Below, piece by piece: positions 37,932 to 47,453 of a DNA stretch of 64,000 nt. Source of the DNA: Thermodesulfobacteriota bacterium. Lineage in GTDB: Bacteria > Desulfobacterota_D > UBA1144 > Nemesobacterales > Mycalebacteriaceae. A program made the translations under genes and the position numbers. Every line of letters begins with the position of its first letter. The first letter of the stretch is position 1. Location of the stretch: NCBI GenBank assembly GCA_965205855.1, contig OZ242184.1, forward strand, positions 768,001 through 832,000, given 5' to 3'. The notes under the pieces were generated by a model, which made no database searches, was not told where the DNA came from, and saw nothing but the letters and a program-made list of their open reading frames with translations.

Positions 37932-38396
37932 CTACAGAGATTTTACCAGAGAAGCCATTTCAATCGCAGAAAGAGCCGCTTCGGCGCCTCTGTTTCCAGA
38001 TTTCCCCCCCGCTCTTTCAATCGCCTGTTCAAGGGTGTCTGTGGTTACAACTCCGTTGGCAACCGGAATGCCCGATTCAATTCCCACAGAGGAAAGCCCG
38101 CTTGAAACTTCCGAGGCAAGGAGGTCAAAGTGCGAAGTCTCACCTCGTATTATTGACCCTATTGCTATTACTGCAGAGTATTTTTTTGACTGAGCCGCCT
38201 TTTTTACCACGAAGGGAATCTCAAAAGAGCCGGGAACCTTGATGACCGTAATGTTTGAGTCGGCGACTCCGTGCCTGACAAGAGCATCAACGGCTCCTTC
38301 AAGCAAAGGCGTGGTCGCGATTGAGTTGACCCTGCTTGAGACTATGGCGAATTTCAATTGCTTTGCATCCATTTTTCCTTCTTTATATCGGGGCAT
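37932..38396 (-). CDS. ribH: 6,7-dimethyl-8-ribityllumazine synthase
   Basis: VPGSFEIP, IRGETSHFD, QAIERAGGK.GN.G.EAA..AIEM. Confidence 0.96.
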   Translation of the reverse strand: MPRYKEGKMDAKQLKFAIVSSRVNSIATTPLLEGAVDALVRHGVADSNITVIKVPGSFEIPFVVKKAAQSKKYSAVIAIGSIIRGETSHFDLLASEVSSGLSSVGIESGIPVANGVVTTDTLEQAIERAGGKSGNRGAEAALSAIEMASLVKSL

Positions 38397-38412
38397 GGTT
38401 TTTCCTCCGTGT

Positions 38413-39627
38413 TCAGTCAACCATTGAAAGCAGATGACCCAGTTTTCTCTTCTTTACAAGAAGATAATCTTTGTTGTTGTTGTTGGGAAGTATTTCAATC
38501 GGAACTCTTTCTCCTATGGTCAGACCGAATCCGTCGAGACCTCTTACTTTTCTCGGGTTGTTTGTCATAAGTTTCATTTTGCTTACGCCAAGGTCACGTA
38601 AAATCTGAGCGCCAATTCCGTAGTCTCTGAGGTCTTTTTTGAATCCGAGAGCCTCATTGGCTTCCACCGTATCCATTCCCTTATCCTGAAGGTTGTAGGC
38701 TTTTATCTTGTTAAGCAAACCAATCCCGCGTCCTTCCTGTCTGAGATAAAGTATTACACCCTCGCCTTTTTCTGCCACCATCTTCATTGCCTGTCTCAAC
38801 TGAGGCCCGCAATCACAGCGCAGAGAATGAAAAACATCGCTTGTAAGACATTCCGAATGGACACGGACAAGAGTCTCTTTTGAGTTTTTAATATCTCCCA
38901 TTGTCAGTGCAAAATGCTGGGAGCCGTCCAGTTCGTTACTGTAGACAAAGGCGTCAAAAACACCGTATTCGGTTGGAATCTGGGTGAACGCTTCTTGAGT
39001 TACGAATGACTCTTTTTGCAGTCTGTAGCTTATAAGGTCGGCGATTGCCGCCATCCTTATGTTATGTTTACGCGAAAACTCGACAAGTTCGTTCATCCTT
39101 GCCATGTGCCCGTCGCTTTTCATTATCTCACATATGACAGCCGAGGATTTAAGTCCCGCGAGACGCGCGAGGTCAACAGAGGCTTCGGTATGTCCGGCGC
39201 GAACAAGCACGCCCCCTTTTCTTGCAATAAGGGGAAACATATGTCCGGGGCGGACAAAATCCGACGGTTTGGAATCTTTCTCCACTACGCGCCGTATTGT
39301 TTTTGCTCTGTCATAAGCGGAAATCCCCGTTGTAATGCCTTCTTTGACGTCTATTGAGACCGCGAAGGCGGTGTGCTGCGAGCCGCCGTGGGTGTTTTCC
39401 GGCTCCATCAGCTTCAATCCTATTCTTTTCGCGTTTCCACCTGTGAGAGCGAGGCATATAAGCCCCTTGCCATGAGTCGCCATAAAGTTTATGGATTCCG
39501 GGGTCGCAAATTCCGCGGCAATGACAAGGTCTCCCTCGTTTTCCCTGTCTTTATCGTCAACAAGAATTAAAAATTTCCCGCTCTTTATGGTCTCAATGGC
39601 GGTTTGTATATCCATTAAATCAGACAT
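38413..39627 (-). CDS. ribBA: Bifunctional DHBP synthase / GTP cyclohydrolase II
   Basis: DD.DRENEGD, TTGISA.DR, RPGH.FPL, GHTEA, VRVHSECLT, SLRCDCG, QEGRGIGL.NK, TNNP.K. Confidence 0.97.
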   Translation of the reverse strand: MSDLMDIQTAIETIKSGKFLILVDDKDRENEGDLVIAAEFATPESINFMATHGKGLICLALTGGNAKRIGLKLMEPENTHGGSQHTAFAVSIDVKEGITTGISAYDRAKTIRRVVEKDSKPSDFVRPGHMFPLIARKGGVLVRAGHTEASVDLARLAGLKSSAVICEIMKSDGHMARMNELVEFSRKHNIRMAAIADLISYRLQKESFVTQEAFTQIPTEYGVFDAFVYSNELDGSQHFALTMGDIKNSKETLVRVHSECLTSDVFHSLRCDCGPQLRQAMKMVAEKGEGVILYLRQEGRGIGLLNKIKAYNLQDKGMDTVEANEALGFKKDLRDYGIGAQILRDLGVSKMKLMTNNPRKVRGLDGFGLTIGERVPIEILPNNNNKDYLLVKKRKLGHLLSMVD

Positions 39628-39774
39628 ATTGCTTCCTTTGCTTCCGCTTTGCTTATATTCGCTTATGCGGAGCGTTTGTCAATACGTTGTTAGGTTTGTC
39701 CCAGCGGTTTGACTTTGCGTCCGCTATGTGTAATTTTTCAACCAAACCACGGGGATTGCGGAAGCGGAGGAAAG

Positions 39775-39933
39775 ATGTCCTTGTTTTTCAATTTGCTAAG
39801 AATCCTTTCTCAAGAAAACCTCGAAGATTTTGACGAAGAAGAAATCCTTGAATTACTTGAAAATGAAGATTGGGAAGAGATAGAAGAGTTTATTGAGAGG
39901 GAAGCGGAAGTTTCCAGCAGAATTCTTCACTGA
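39775..39933 (+). CDS. 52-aa highly acidic hypothetical protein
   Basis: GGAGG SD (39766-39770) before ATG 39775; MSLFFNLLRILSQENLEDFDEEEILELLENEDWEEIEEFIEREAEVSSRILH. Confidence 0.65.
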   Translation: MSLFFNLLRILSQENLEDFDEEEILELLENEDWEEIEEFIEREAEVSSRILH

Positions 39934-39986
39934 CTTCCATATTTTGTTATTGAATTTTTGCTTACAAACACGGAAGGCGTGTTCAA

Positions 39987-40070
39987 TGCCCGGGGCCGGA
40001 TTTGAACCGGCATGGGTTTTATCCCGAGGGATTTTAAGTCCCTTGCGTCTACCAGTTTCGCCACCCGGGC
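39987..40070 (-). tRNA. tRNA-Leu (TAA)
   Basis: GCCCGGGTGGCGAAACTGGTAGACGCA-AGGGA CT TAA AA TCCCT-long variable arm-GCCGGTTCAAATCCGGCCCCGGGCA; no encoded CCA. Confidence 0.96.
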
Positions 40071-40089
40071 GGGTTCGGATTAAAAAATA

Positions 40090-40161
40090 AGGCGGCGCCC
40101 GGAATCGAACCGGGGTATAACGGTTTTGCAGACCGTTGCCTTACCTCTTGGCTACGCCGCC
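40090..40161 (-). tRNA. tRNA-Cys (GCA)
   Basis: GGCGGCGTAGCCAAGAGGTAAGGCA-ACGGT CT GCA AA ACCGT-...GGTTCGATTCCGGGCGCCGCCT; U73 discriminator; no encoded CCA. Confidence 0.96.
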
Positions 40162-40213
40162 GTTTGTCAGAATTCATTAGTATCGCTCAAATGTCCCGTA
40201 TTGTAAAAGATAC

Positions 40214-40984
40214 TTATACTGTCAATGTGCGGTCCAAAACGGCTTTTCCCCCTATTCTGACTCTTTCCCCTTCAACTTCAGTGCGGACAACCCCTCCTCT
40301 TTGCGAAACTTGCAATCCTTTCAGTTTCCTTCTTCCGGTTTTTTCAGCCCAGTAAGGAGCAAGGCAACAGTGAGAGGAGCCGGTAACGGGGTCTTCATCT
40401 ATGCCGATTCGCGGAGCAAAAAACCTTGAAATGAAGTCGTATCCGCTTCTGTCCGATGCGCTGGTTACGATTATGCCGCGACACTCCAGGCCGCGCAGAT
40501 TGTCCAAATCGGGACGGATCTGCGCAACATCACCGGGGTTTTTCAACTCTATCAGATAGTCGAACCGGTTTTTTGCCGTATAAACAACTTCCGCTCCGAG
40601 AATGCCGAAAATCCCAGCAGGAGCGGCGCATGGTTTTTCTCTTTCCGCGGGAAAATCCATTTCTATAATTCCTGATTTTATTTCCGCGCCGAGATTATAA
40701 TCAGACGACACAAAGGAAATTGTTCCTTTGTGTTTGTTTCGCAAAATTATGTATGCGGCGGCGAGTGTCGCGTGTCCGCACAGAGAGATTTCGGTTTCGG
40801 GAGTCCACCATCGTATAAAAAAACAACCATTGTCTTTCCTGATAAAAGCCGTCTCGGAAAGCCCAATTTTTGAGGCGATTTTTTTCATTTCCGAATCAGG
40901 TGGAAAAGAGTCAACCGGACAAACGCCCGCCGGATTGCCGAGAAATCCGTCTTCCACAAATGAGTTGACAATAAAAACTTCCAT
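40214..40984 (-). CDS. PhzF family isomerase (DAP epimerase fold)
   Basis: GNPAGV, LSETAF, RWWTP..E..LCGHATLA, SRFFAP..GIDEDPVTGS.H, Q.S.RGG; start MEVFIV. Confidence 0.93.
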   Translation of the reverse strand: MEVFIVNSFVEDGFLGNPAGVCPVDSFPPDSEMKKIASKIGLSETAFIRKDNGCFFIRWWTPETEISLCGHATLAAAYIILRNKHKGTISFVSSDYNLGAEIKSGIIEMDFPAEREKPCAAPAGIFGILGAEVVYTAKNRFDYLIELKNPGDVAQIRPDLDNLRGLECRGIIVTSASDRSGYDFISRFFAPRIGIDEDPVTGSSHCCLAPYWAEKTGRRKLKGLQVSQRGGVVRTEVEGERVRIGGKAVLDRTLTV

Positions 40985-40998
40985 ATCAGTTACGTTGG

Positions 40999-42201
40999 TC
41001 AGTTGGATGAGAAAGTTGCCTTGCTGTCCTGAAGGGCTTTGACGGCGCGGGTTATTCCGTTGATTGTAAGAGGAAACATTCTGTCTTTCGTGAATTTTTG
41101 AACCATCCCTATTGTCTGTGTTTCGCGCCATTCGCTTTGAGGAACGGGATTGAGCCATACCATCATTGGATATTTGTTTTGTATCCGTTCAAGCCATGTA
41201 AACCCCGGTTCGCTGTTGTTATGCTCAACGCTTCCGTTGACATACAGAAGTTCATACGGAGACATTGAGGCGTCTCCTACCATAATCACCCTGTAGTCGC
41301 TGTTGTATTTGTTGAGAATATCAAAAGTCGGTAACGCTTCCTGCCAGCGGCGTTCGTTGTTTTTCCAGACCGCCTCATATACGCAGTTATGGAAATAGTA
41401 GTATTCAAGATGTTTGAATTCGTAACGCGCTGCGGAAAAAAGTTTTGAGCAAAGTTCAATGTGGTCGTCCATTGAACCGCCGATGTCAAAAAATATCAGC
41501 ACCTTCACATTGTTTTTTCTCTGCGCGACCATCTCAATATCAAGAAACCCCGCGTTTTTGGAAGTCTTTTTAATTGTTTGGTCCAGATCAATCTCTTCAA
41601 TGCTTCCCTCGCGTGTGAGAACGCGAAGTTTGCGAAGCGCCATTTTCATATTGCGGGTTTGCAGTTCCGCCGAATCATCAAGGTCTTTAAATTCCCTTTT
41701 ATCCCAAACCTTGACCGCCCTTCTGTGTATGCTTTCGTGTTGCCCGATTCTTATTCCTTCGGGGTTATAGCCGTATGCGCCAAACGGTGAAGTTCCGCCC
41801 GTGCCAATCCATTTTCCGCCGCCTTGATGACGTTTTTTCTGCTCTTTCATAAGCTCTTTGAGCCGTTCAATAAGTTTGTCCAGCCCGCCCATCGCTTTTA
41901 TTTGAGCCTTTTCTTTTTCCGTAAGCGAGCCCTCCATAGTTCTGCGCAGCCACTCATCGGGAATGCTCATAAACTCTTTGTCGTCTGTGTATTCAATTCC
42001 CTTGAAATACTGCCCGAACAGCTGGTCAAACCTGTCAAGGTTCTGCTCATGCTTAACCAGCGCGCTACGGGTTATATAATAAAAATCGTCCACTCCGCGC
42101 TCAACCATTCCGCTGTCCAAAGCGTCAAGAAGGGTCAGGTATTCCTTTATGGAAACGGGAAGTCCGGAGTTTCGGAGGTATAGAAAGAAGTCCAGAAACA
42201 T
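40999..42201 (-). CDS. VWA domain CoxE-like protein (MoxR partner)
   Basis: RHQGG.KWIGTGGTSPFG..G, FDIGGSMDDH (MIDAS-like), YFHNC.YE, VGDASMSPYE, WLNP. Confidence 0.9.
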   Translation of the reverse strand: MFLDFFLYLRNSGLPVSIKEYLTLLDALDSGMVERGVDDFYYITRSALVKHEQNLDRFDQLFGQYFKGIEYTDDKEFMSIPDEWLRRTMEGSLTEKEKAQIKAMGGLDKLIERLKELMKEQKKRHQGGGKWIGTGGTSPFGAYGYNPEGIRIGQHESIHRRAVKVWDKREFKDLDDSAELQTRNMKMALRKLRVLTREGSIEEIDLDQTIKKTSKNAGFLDIEMVAQRKNNVKVLIFFDIGGSMDDHIELCSKLFSAARYEFKHLEYYYFHNCVYEAVWKNNERRWQEALPTFDILNKYNSDYRVIMVGDASMSPYELLYVNGSVEHNNSEPGFTWLERIQNKYPMMVWLNPVPQSEWRETQTIGMVQKFTKDRMFPLTINGITRAVKALQDSKATFSSN

Positions 42202-42211
42202 TTGTTGCAAT

Positions 42212-42904
42212 TATAACTGAACGACAGGTGAGGTTTTATCTTCTTTTTTTAATCCTGACACGACATTGAATTTGCATTGGTTTGCAGCAACAGACACTAG
42301 ATTTCTAACAAAAATTTCAACATCGTAGTCAAATCCTTCATTTAGTAAAACATCCGTTATCTTGATTTTTCCTTAAAAAACTCACTAATGGAAACCCATT
42401 TTGGATTTTGTTGAATTCATTTGTTTTTGATAACAAAAGCCATTTGTTGAGCAAATCATTCTCAGGTGTTTCTAAATCTTCTTCCTCTCCGTTTTCGTCA
42501 TTATCTTCCTCTAATTCTCCATCTATTTCAGTTGCTCTTGTTAATTTTTCAGGGTGTTCAAGATTGAAAAGTATTTCAATCGGTGATTTGCGCCCTCTTA
42601 CTTCTACAGGTTCTCCTTTGATAATTGAAAAAAGAAATGTAAGACGCTGTTGTCCATCAAGAAGCAATTCGTACTGCGTGGAGGTATTTTGTTGCTGAGG
42701 AACAGAGAAATCACGAGTCTCTATCTCTTCCTGAGTTTCCCATGTAAGAATACTTCCTGACGGGTATTTTCCATAAAGAGAATCTAAAAGATTTCTGACT
42801 TGTTCTTTTTTTTAAACATATCTGCGTTGTATTTCTGGCAATTTGATTTTGCCCTTCTCAATATCGCTACACAGCTCAGCAGCTGTTTTTGTTTTTTGAG
42901 CCAT
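42212..42904 (-). pseudogene. Decayed DUF262 (GmrSD / ParB-Srx-like nuclease) gene
   Basis: ATG 42904; LPEIQRRYV-TAA(42812-42814, replacing W)-...LLDSLY..YPSG.IL.W...LLLDGQQRLT; downstream frameshift, further stops and truncation; AT-rich. Confidence 0.85.
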
Positions 42905-42908
42905 TCCC

Positions 42909-43760
42909 CTACCTCCTCATCCTATACCGCAAAACGTTCAACATCTCATAATCCTGTTCATTCTTAATCAACGCACCCGCATACGGCGGGTCTTCTTCGG
43001 CTATATCAAACTTTTCCAGCTCTTTTGAGGCAATCTTTCCGGCGGTCAAGAGTTTTATCCAGTCAATCAACTCGCTTGTTGAGGGCTTTTTCTTCAGCCC
43101 TTCTATATCGCGCAATGAGTAGAAAATATCAAGCGCGCTGTCAAGCAGTTTCTTCTCAAGTCCTGGATGGTGAACCTCAACAATCGCCCGGAGAGTCTCA
43201 ATTTCGGGAAAGGTTATGTAATGGAAAAAACAACGCCGCAGAAATGCGTCCGGCAACTCTTTTTCATTGTTGGAAGTGATTATAAGAATCGGCCGCTTTT
43301 TCGCCTTGATCGTTTTTCTGAGCTCGTAGCAATAGAACTCCATCTTATCCAACTCAAGCAACAAGTCATTTGGAAACTCAATGTCCGCCTTGTCTATCTC
43401 ATCTATCAAAAGAACGGACTGCTCCTCAGATTCAAACGCCTCCCATAATTTACCTTTGTTTATGTAGTTGGAAATGTCTTTGACTTTCTCATCTCCAAGC
43501 TGAGAATCGCGCAAACGCGCAACGGCATCATATTCGTAAAGCCCCTGCTGAGCCGTGGTTGTGGATTTTATATGCCATGTAATAAGGTCTTTCCCAAGCG
43601 CTTCGGCAACTTCAAACGCGAGCATAGTTTTCCCCGTGCCCGGCTCGCCTTTGATTATCAACGGACGCTCAAGCGTTATGGAGGCGTTGACGGCAAGAAT
43701 AAGGTCTCTTGTCGCCACATATTTTTCCGTTCCTTGAAATTGTTTTCTACTTTGTGCCAT
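42909..43760 (-). CDS. MoxR-family AAA+ ATPase (CoxD-like)
   Basis: GEPGTGKT, GLYEYDAV.RLRDSQ, LLIDEIDKAD.EFPNDLL, TSNNEKELPDAFLRRC, KKPSTSEL.DW; start MAQSRK. Confidence 0.93.
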   Translation of the reverse strand: MAQSRKQFQGTEKYVATRDLILAVNASITLERPLIIKGEPGTGKTMLAFEVAEALGKDLITWHIKSTTTAQQGLYEYDAVARLRDSQLGDEKVKDISNYINKGKLWEAFESEEQSVLLIDEIDKADIEFPNDLLLELDKMEFYCYELRKTIKAKKRPILIITSNNEKELPDAFLRRCFFHYITFPEIETLRAIVEVHHPGLEKKLLDSALDIFYSLRDIEGLKKKPSTSELIDWIKLLTAGKIASKELEKFDIAEEDPPYAGALIKNEQDYEMLNVLRYRMRR

Positions 43761-43851
43761 TGGCGTGTTCTCCCTCCCTGAGAACAGGGAATTGATATCG
43801 TTACAGATAGTAAAATTACTTGTCGCAAAGCAAGTAATCAAATCGCGTGGA

Positions 43852-44349
43852 CTATGACCACGGCTCTTTGTAGTAATAGACAAAGTTGGCGACCTTGGGA
43901 CGCTCCGTCCAACCCATCTTTTTGTAAAATCCGCGTTTATATGAAGGTTTCTCCTTTCCGTTTGTTATCATAAGGCGGAAACAATCTCTTTTTTTACCCT
44001 CTTCCATCACAGCTTCCAGAAGGAGACTTCCCGCTCCCATACCGGATGCGGATGGGTTGACAAACATATCGGAGACATAACCCTCCGTGCCGGCAAGCAT
44101 TATGAACGGAACCCAGTGGACATTTACAAATCCGGTAACCTTGCCGTTTTCACTATTTTCGGCAACCAGAACCGTATGTCCTTGCGGGTTTTCAAGAGAT
44201 GTCTCTATCAGTTTTTCCACGGGCGTGGCAATCTGCTCCGTTGTCATGGCGTTTCTTTTCTCCGACCACCCTATTTCCTTGAGGATTGACGCCATTGCTT
44301 CTGAATCTTTTGTTCCCGCCTTGCGGATGACAAGAGAGCTCTCCGGCAT
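43852..44349 (-). CDS. GNAT family N-acetyltransferase
   Basis: V.D.FV.P...G.GAG..LL motif A and FYKKMGW motif B. Confidence 0.88.
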   Translation of the reverse strand: MPESSLVIRKAGTKDSEAMASILKEIGWSEKRNAMTTEQIATPVEKLIETSLENPQGHTVLVAENSENGKVTGFVNVHWVPFIMLAGTEGYVSDMFVNPSASGMGAGSLLLEAVMEEGKKRDCFRLMITNGKEKPSYKRGFYKKMGWTERPKVANFVYYYKEPWS

Positions 44350-45122
44350 TATTTTTTCTCCCGTTTCAAAATTTCAAGAAGACCTTCAAGTTTTTCAAGC
44401 GTTTTTGAGGATGACAGTTTTCCCGCGAGCTCTTTTGAATCAACCTCGTCAAGCGTTTTTTCAACCCTGTTGGAAATCTGTTCGCGTCGAATATTTTTCT
44501 TTTGCATAAAAACATCCATATCTATTTTTTCCATTTCCTCTATGGCTGATGAAACAACCCTTTCCGGAGCGGCGAGCCTGTTGATAATTCCATTTTCCAA
44601 TGCCTGTTCCACACTGTAAAGTTTTCCCTTTTCAATCACCCGTTTTGCCGTTTTTTCGCCTATGACCGCGCTTACAAGCTCGGAGAGCGACTCCGGCATA
44701 GGAAACCCGATTGAGGTTTCATTTAAACCGACAAGAGATTTTGCCCTTTTTTCCGCAATTCTGAGATCGCAACAAAGCGCCAGTATGCACCCTCCAGCAA
44801 TCGCGTGTCCCTCAATCGCGGCGGCAACCGGCGCCGGGTGGCGGAAAACCACCAAGACCGATTTCAGAAACCCCCGGAACCAGGAATTGATCTTTGCTTT
44901 GTTGCCTTGTTTGAAGAGTGCAACGCAATGTTCAAGGTCAAGACCCGGAGAAAACATCTTTCCGCCCGATGAAAGCACAACGGGTTTTAACGGGCGCTGT
45001 TGTATAAGCTTTGCAAACGCAGAATTGAGATCAGAGAAAAACCCTTCATCCATTACACAAACGGGATTGGAATTCATTGTTACAACCATAGCGTTTCCCT
45101 TGTCTTCAATATTCCATGACAT
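44349..45122 (-). CDS. Enoyl-CoA hydratase/isomerase (crotonase) family, isomerase-like
   Basis: FSPGLDL, P..AAIEGHAIAGG..LAL.CD.R, GLNE..IG; start MSWNIE. Confidence 0.85.
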   Translation of the reverse strand: MSWNIEDKGNAMVVTMNSNPVCVMDEGFFSDLNSAFAKLIQQRPLKPVVLSSGGKMFSPGLDLEHCVALFKQGNKAKINSWFRGFLKSVLVVFRHPAPVAAAIEGHAIAGGCILALCCDLRIAEKRAKSLVGLNETSIGFPMPESLSELVSAVIGEKTAKRVIEKGKLYSVEQALENGIINRLAAPERVVSSAIEEMEKIDMDVFMQKKNIRREQISNRVEKTLDEVDSKELAGKLSSSKTLEKLEGLLEILKREKK

Positions 45123-45215
45123 TCTTTGGAAACTAACAGAAAGGCATAACCTCCGCAAGGATATAATGACAGAAAGAAGGCTGATGGGTATGATAGGTTA
45201 TCTTTTACTCCTCAG

Positions 45216-47447
45216 ATGCCTGACACCCCAAGCAAAGACAAATACGGCAACGGACTTGAAGCCGCCCGCGAACACGGTCTTAGCGAAGAGCAATACTCTT
45301 TTATCAAAAAGACGCTTGGCAGGGAGCCCAACATTGTCGAAATCGGAATACTCGGCGCCATGTGGTCCGAACACTGCTCTTATAAAAGCTCAAAGGTTCA
45401 TCTTCGCAAATTTCCGACAAAAGGCAAAGCGGTGATTCAAGGCCCGGGCGAAAACGCCGGAGTCATGGACATAGGAGACGGATACTGCGCGGTTTTTAAG
45501 ATGGAAAGCCACAACCACCCTTCTTTTATTGAGCCGTATCAGGGAGCCGCGACCGGAGTCGGAGGAATTCTGCGGGATATTTTCACAATGGGAGCAAGAC
45601 CCGTCGCAATACTCAATTCCCTCAGATTCGGCAATCCGAAACTGGAAAAAACAAGGTTTCTTGTGAACGGCGTTGTGTCCGGAATAGCGGGATACGGAAA
45701 CTGTGTCGGCGTGCCGACCGTTGGCGGCGAGATTGATTTTGACGATTGCTACAACGGAAACCCTCTTGTCAATGTTTTTGCGTTGGGCATAACACGCACA
45801 AACAGAGTTTTTACCGGACACGCGGCGGGGGTTGGAAATCCGGTTGTCTATGTTGGCTCCAAAACCGGCAGGGATGGGATAAAGGGCGCGGTTATGGCAT
45901 CGGATGTTTTTGACAATGAATCGGCCGCGGACCGACCGACCGTTCAAATAGGCGACCCTTTTACCGAAAAACTGCTTATTGAGGCGTGTATGGAGCTTTT
46001 TGAGATGGGCGCGGTGGTTGGCATACAAGACATGGGCGCGGCGGGGCTGACCTCATCATCCGCGGAAATGGCGAGCCGCAGCAGAAACGGCATAACCCTT
46101 GAATGTGAAAAAATTCCCCAACGAGAAAAGGAAATGACGCCCTATGAAACGATGCTTTCCGAATCTCAGGAAAGGATGCTTATTGTCGTTAAAAAAGGAA
46201 TGGAAGAGCAAGTCCGAACGGTTTTTGAAAAATGGCTTCTTGATTTTTCCGTTATTGGTGAAGTTTGCGCGGAGAGAAATCTCACGCTTGTTGAAAACGG
46301 CAAAGTTGCCGCACAACTTCCGGTTGACCTGATTGTTGACGGTGCGCCGGAATATGACAGACCCGTGGAGGCACCCGCGTCGGCTTCTGTACCCGCTTCT
46401 TTTCCCTGCGGAGGAAAACTTGAAGAAAACTTTGTAAAAATCCTTTCCTCTCCTTTTTCCGCGAGCAAGCATTGGATTTACGAACAGTTTGACCACATGG
46501 TAGGCACCGGCACGGTGGTGCCTCCGGGGTCGGACTGCGCGGTTGTTTCCGTGGAGGAAACCTCAAAAGCCCTTGCTCTGACCTCAAACTGCAATTCCCG
46601 CTACTGCCTGCTAAATCCCAGGGAGGGGGCAAAGGCGGCGGTTGCCGAAAGTGCGAGAAACATAGCGTGTTGCGGAGCGAGACCCCTTGGAATTACGGAC
46701 TGCCTGAACTTCGGTAACCCCGAAAACCCCAACATTATGTGGCAGTTGAAAGAGGCGGTTGAGGGAATTTCGGAAGCCGCTAAATATTTTTCAACCCCGG
46801 TGGTGAGCGGAAATGTCAGTCTGTATAACGAAACGGACGGTGTTTCAATCAACCCAACCCCGGTTATAGGAATGGTCGGTCTGCTGGATAATATCTCAAA
46901 TCTGGTGCCTCAGTATTTTCAGAGTGAAGGAGACACTGTTTTTATCGCGGGCGAAACCTTTGAAGAAATGGGAGGAAGCCTCTACGGCGCTTTTCTTTTC
47001 AACAAAGTGGCCGGAGAACCGCCTTTGGTCAGCCTGAAAAAAGAAACTCGGCTTGTTTTTTCTTTGATTGAAGCAGCGGACAAGAGTATAATTAAGTCTG
47101 CTCATGATGTTTCAGAGGGAGGATTAGCCGTGGCGCTTGCGGAGTGTTGTTTTGCTCTGCAAGGAGTCCCTATGGGGTTTTCCGTGTCTCTCAAAAACAT
47201 CAACCCCGATATCCGAAACGACAATGTAATTCTTTTTTCCGAAACCCAGGCGCGCGCGATTGTTTCCGCAAGCCCGAAAGACGAAGATGCCGTCAGGGAG
47301 TTTTTTCTCTTGCGTCAGGTTCCGATTCAAAAGGTGGGGAAAGTGACGGCAAAGGGCATCATGGAGTTCGGGGAGATGTTTGAAATCCAAGTTGAGGAAG
47401 CGGCACGCCTCTGGTCTGAGGGCTTTGAAAAAAACTTGTTTATATAG
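45216..47447 (+). CDS. purL: Phosphoribosylformylglycinamidine synthase subunit PurL
   Basis: [59 protein letters not shown]. Confidence 0.97.
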   Translation: MPDTPSKDKYGNGLEAAREHGLSEEQYSFIKKTLGREPNIVEIGILGAMWSEHCSYKSSKVHLRKFPTKGKAVIQGPGENAGVMDIGDGYCAVFKMESHNHPSFIEPYQGAATGVGGILRDIFTMGARPVAILNSLRFGNPKLEKTRFLVNGVVSGIAGYGNCVGVPTVGGEIDFDDCYNGNPLVNVFALGITRTNRVFTGHAAGVGNPVVYVGSKTGRDGIKGAVMASDVFDNESAADRPTVQIGDPFTEKLLIEACMELFEMGAVVGIQDMGAAGLTSSSAEMASRSRNGITLECEKIPQREKEMTPYETMLSESQERMLIVVKKGMEEQVRTVFEKWLLDFSVIGEVCAERNLTLVENGKVAAQLPVDLIVDGAPEYDRPVEAPASASVPASFPCGGKLEENFVKILSSPFSASKHWIYEQFDHMVGTGTVVPPGSDCAVVSVEETSKALALTSNCNSRYCLLNPREGAKAAVAESARNIACCGARPLGITDCLNFGNPENPNIMWQLKEAVEGISEAAKYFSTPVVSGNVSLYNETDGVSINPTPVIGMVGLLDNISNLVPQYFQSEGDTVFIAGETFEEMGGSLYGAFLFNKVAGEPPLVSLKKETRLVFSLIEAADKSIIKSAHDVSEGGLAVALAECCFALQGVPMGFSVSLKNINPDIRNDNVILFSETQARAIVSASPKDEDAVREFFLLRQVPIQKVGKVTAKGIMEFGEMFEIQVEEAARLWSEGFEKNLFI

Positions 47448-47453
47448 GGCGAT

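Noticed and set aside
39987-40161. tRNA-Leu and tRNA-Cys (and tRNA-Pro CGG) lack encoded CCA; possible integration site
   Set aside because: CCA-less tRNA genes are common; no integrase or duplicated tRNA 3' end (att site) was seen nearby.
40985-41158. N-terminal extension of the PhzF ORF
   Set aside because: It overlaps the VWA gene out of frame; family similarity starts at MEVFIVNSF (40984).
42338-42667. 109-aa ORF as an independent gene
   Set aside because: It is an internal fragment (DGQQR motif) of the DUF262 pseudogene that starts at 42904.
44662-45435. 257-aa plus-strand ORF
   Set aside because: It is antisense to the crotonase gene and out of frame into purL; no motif support.
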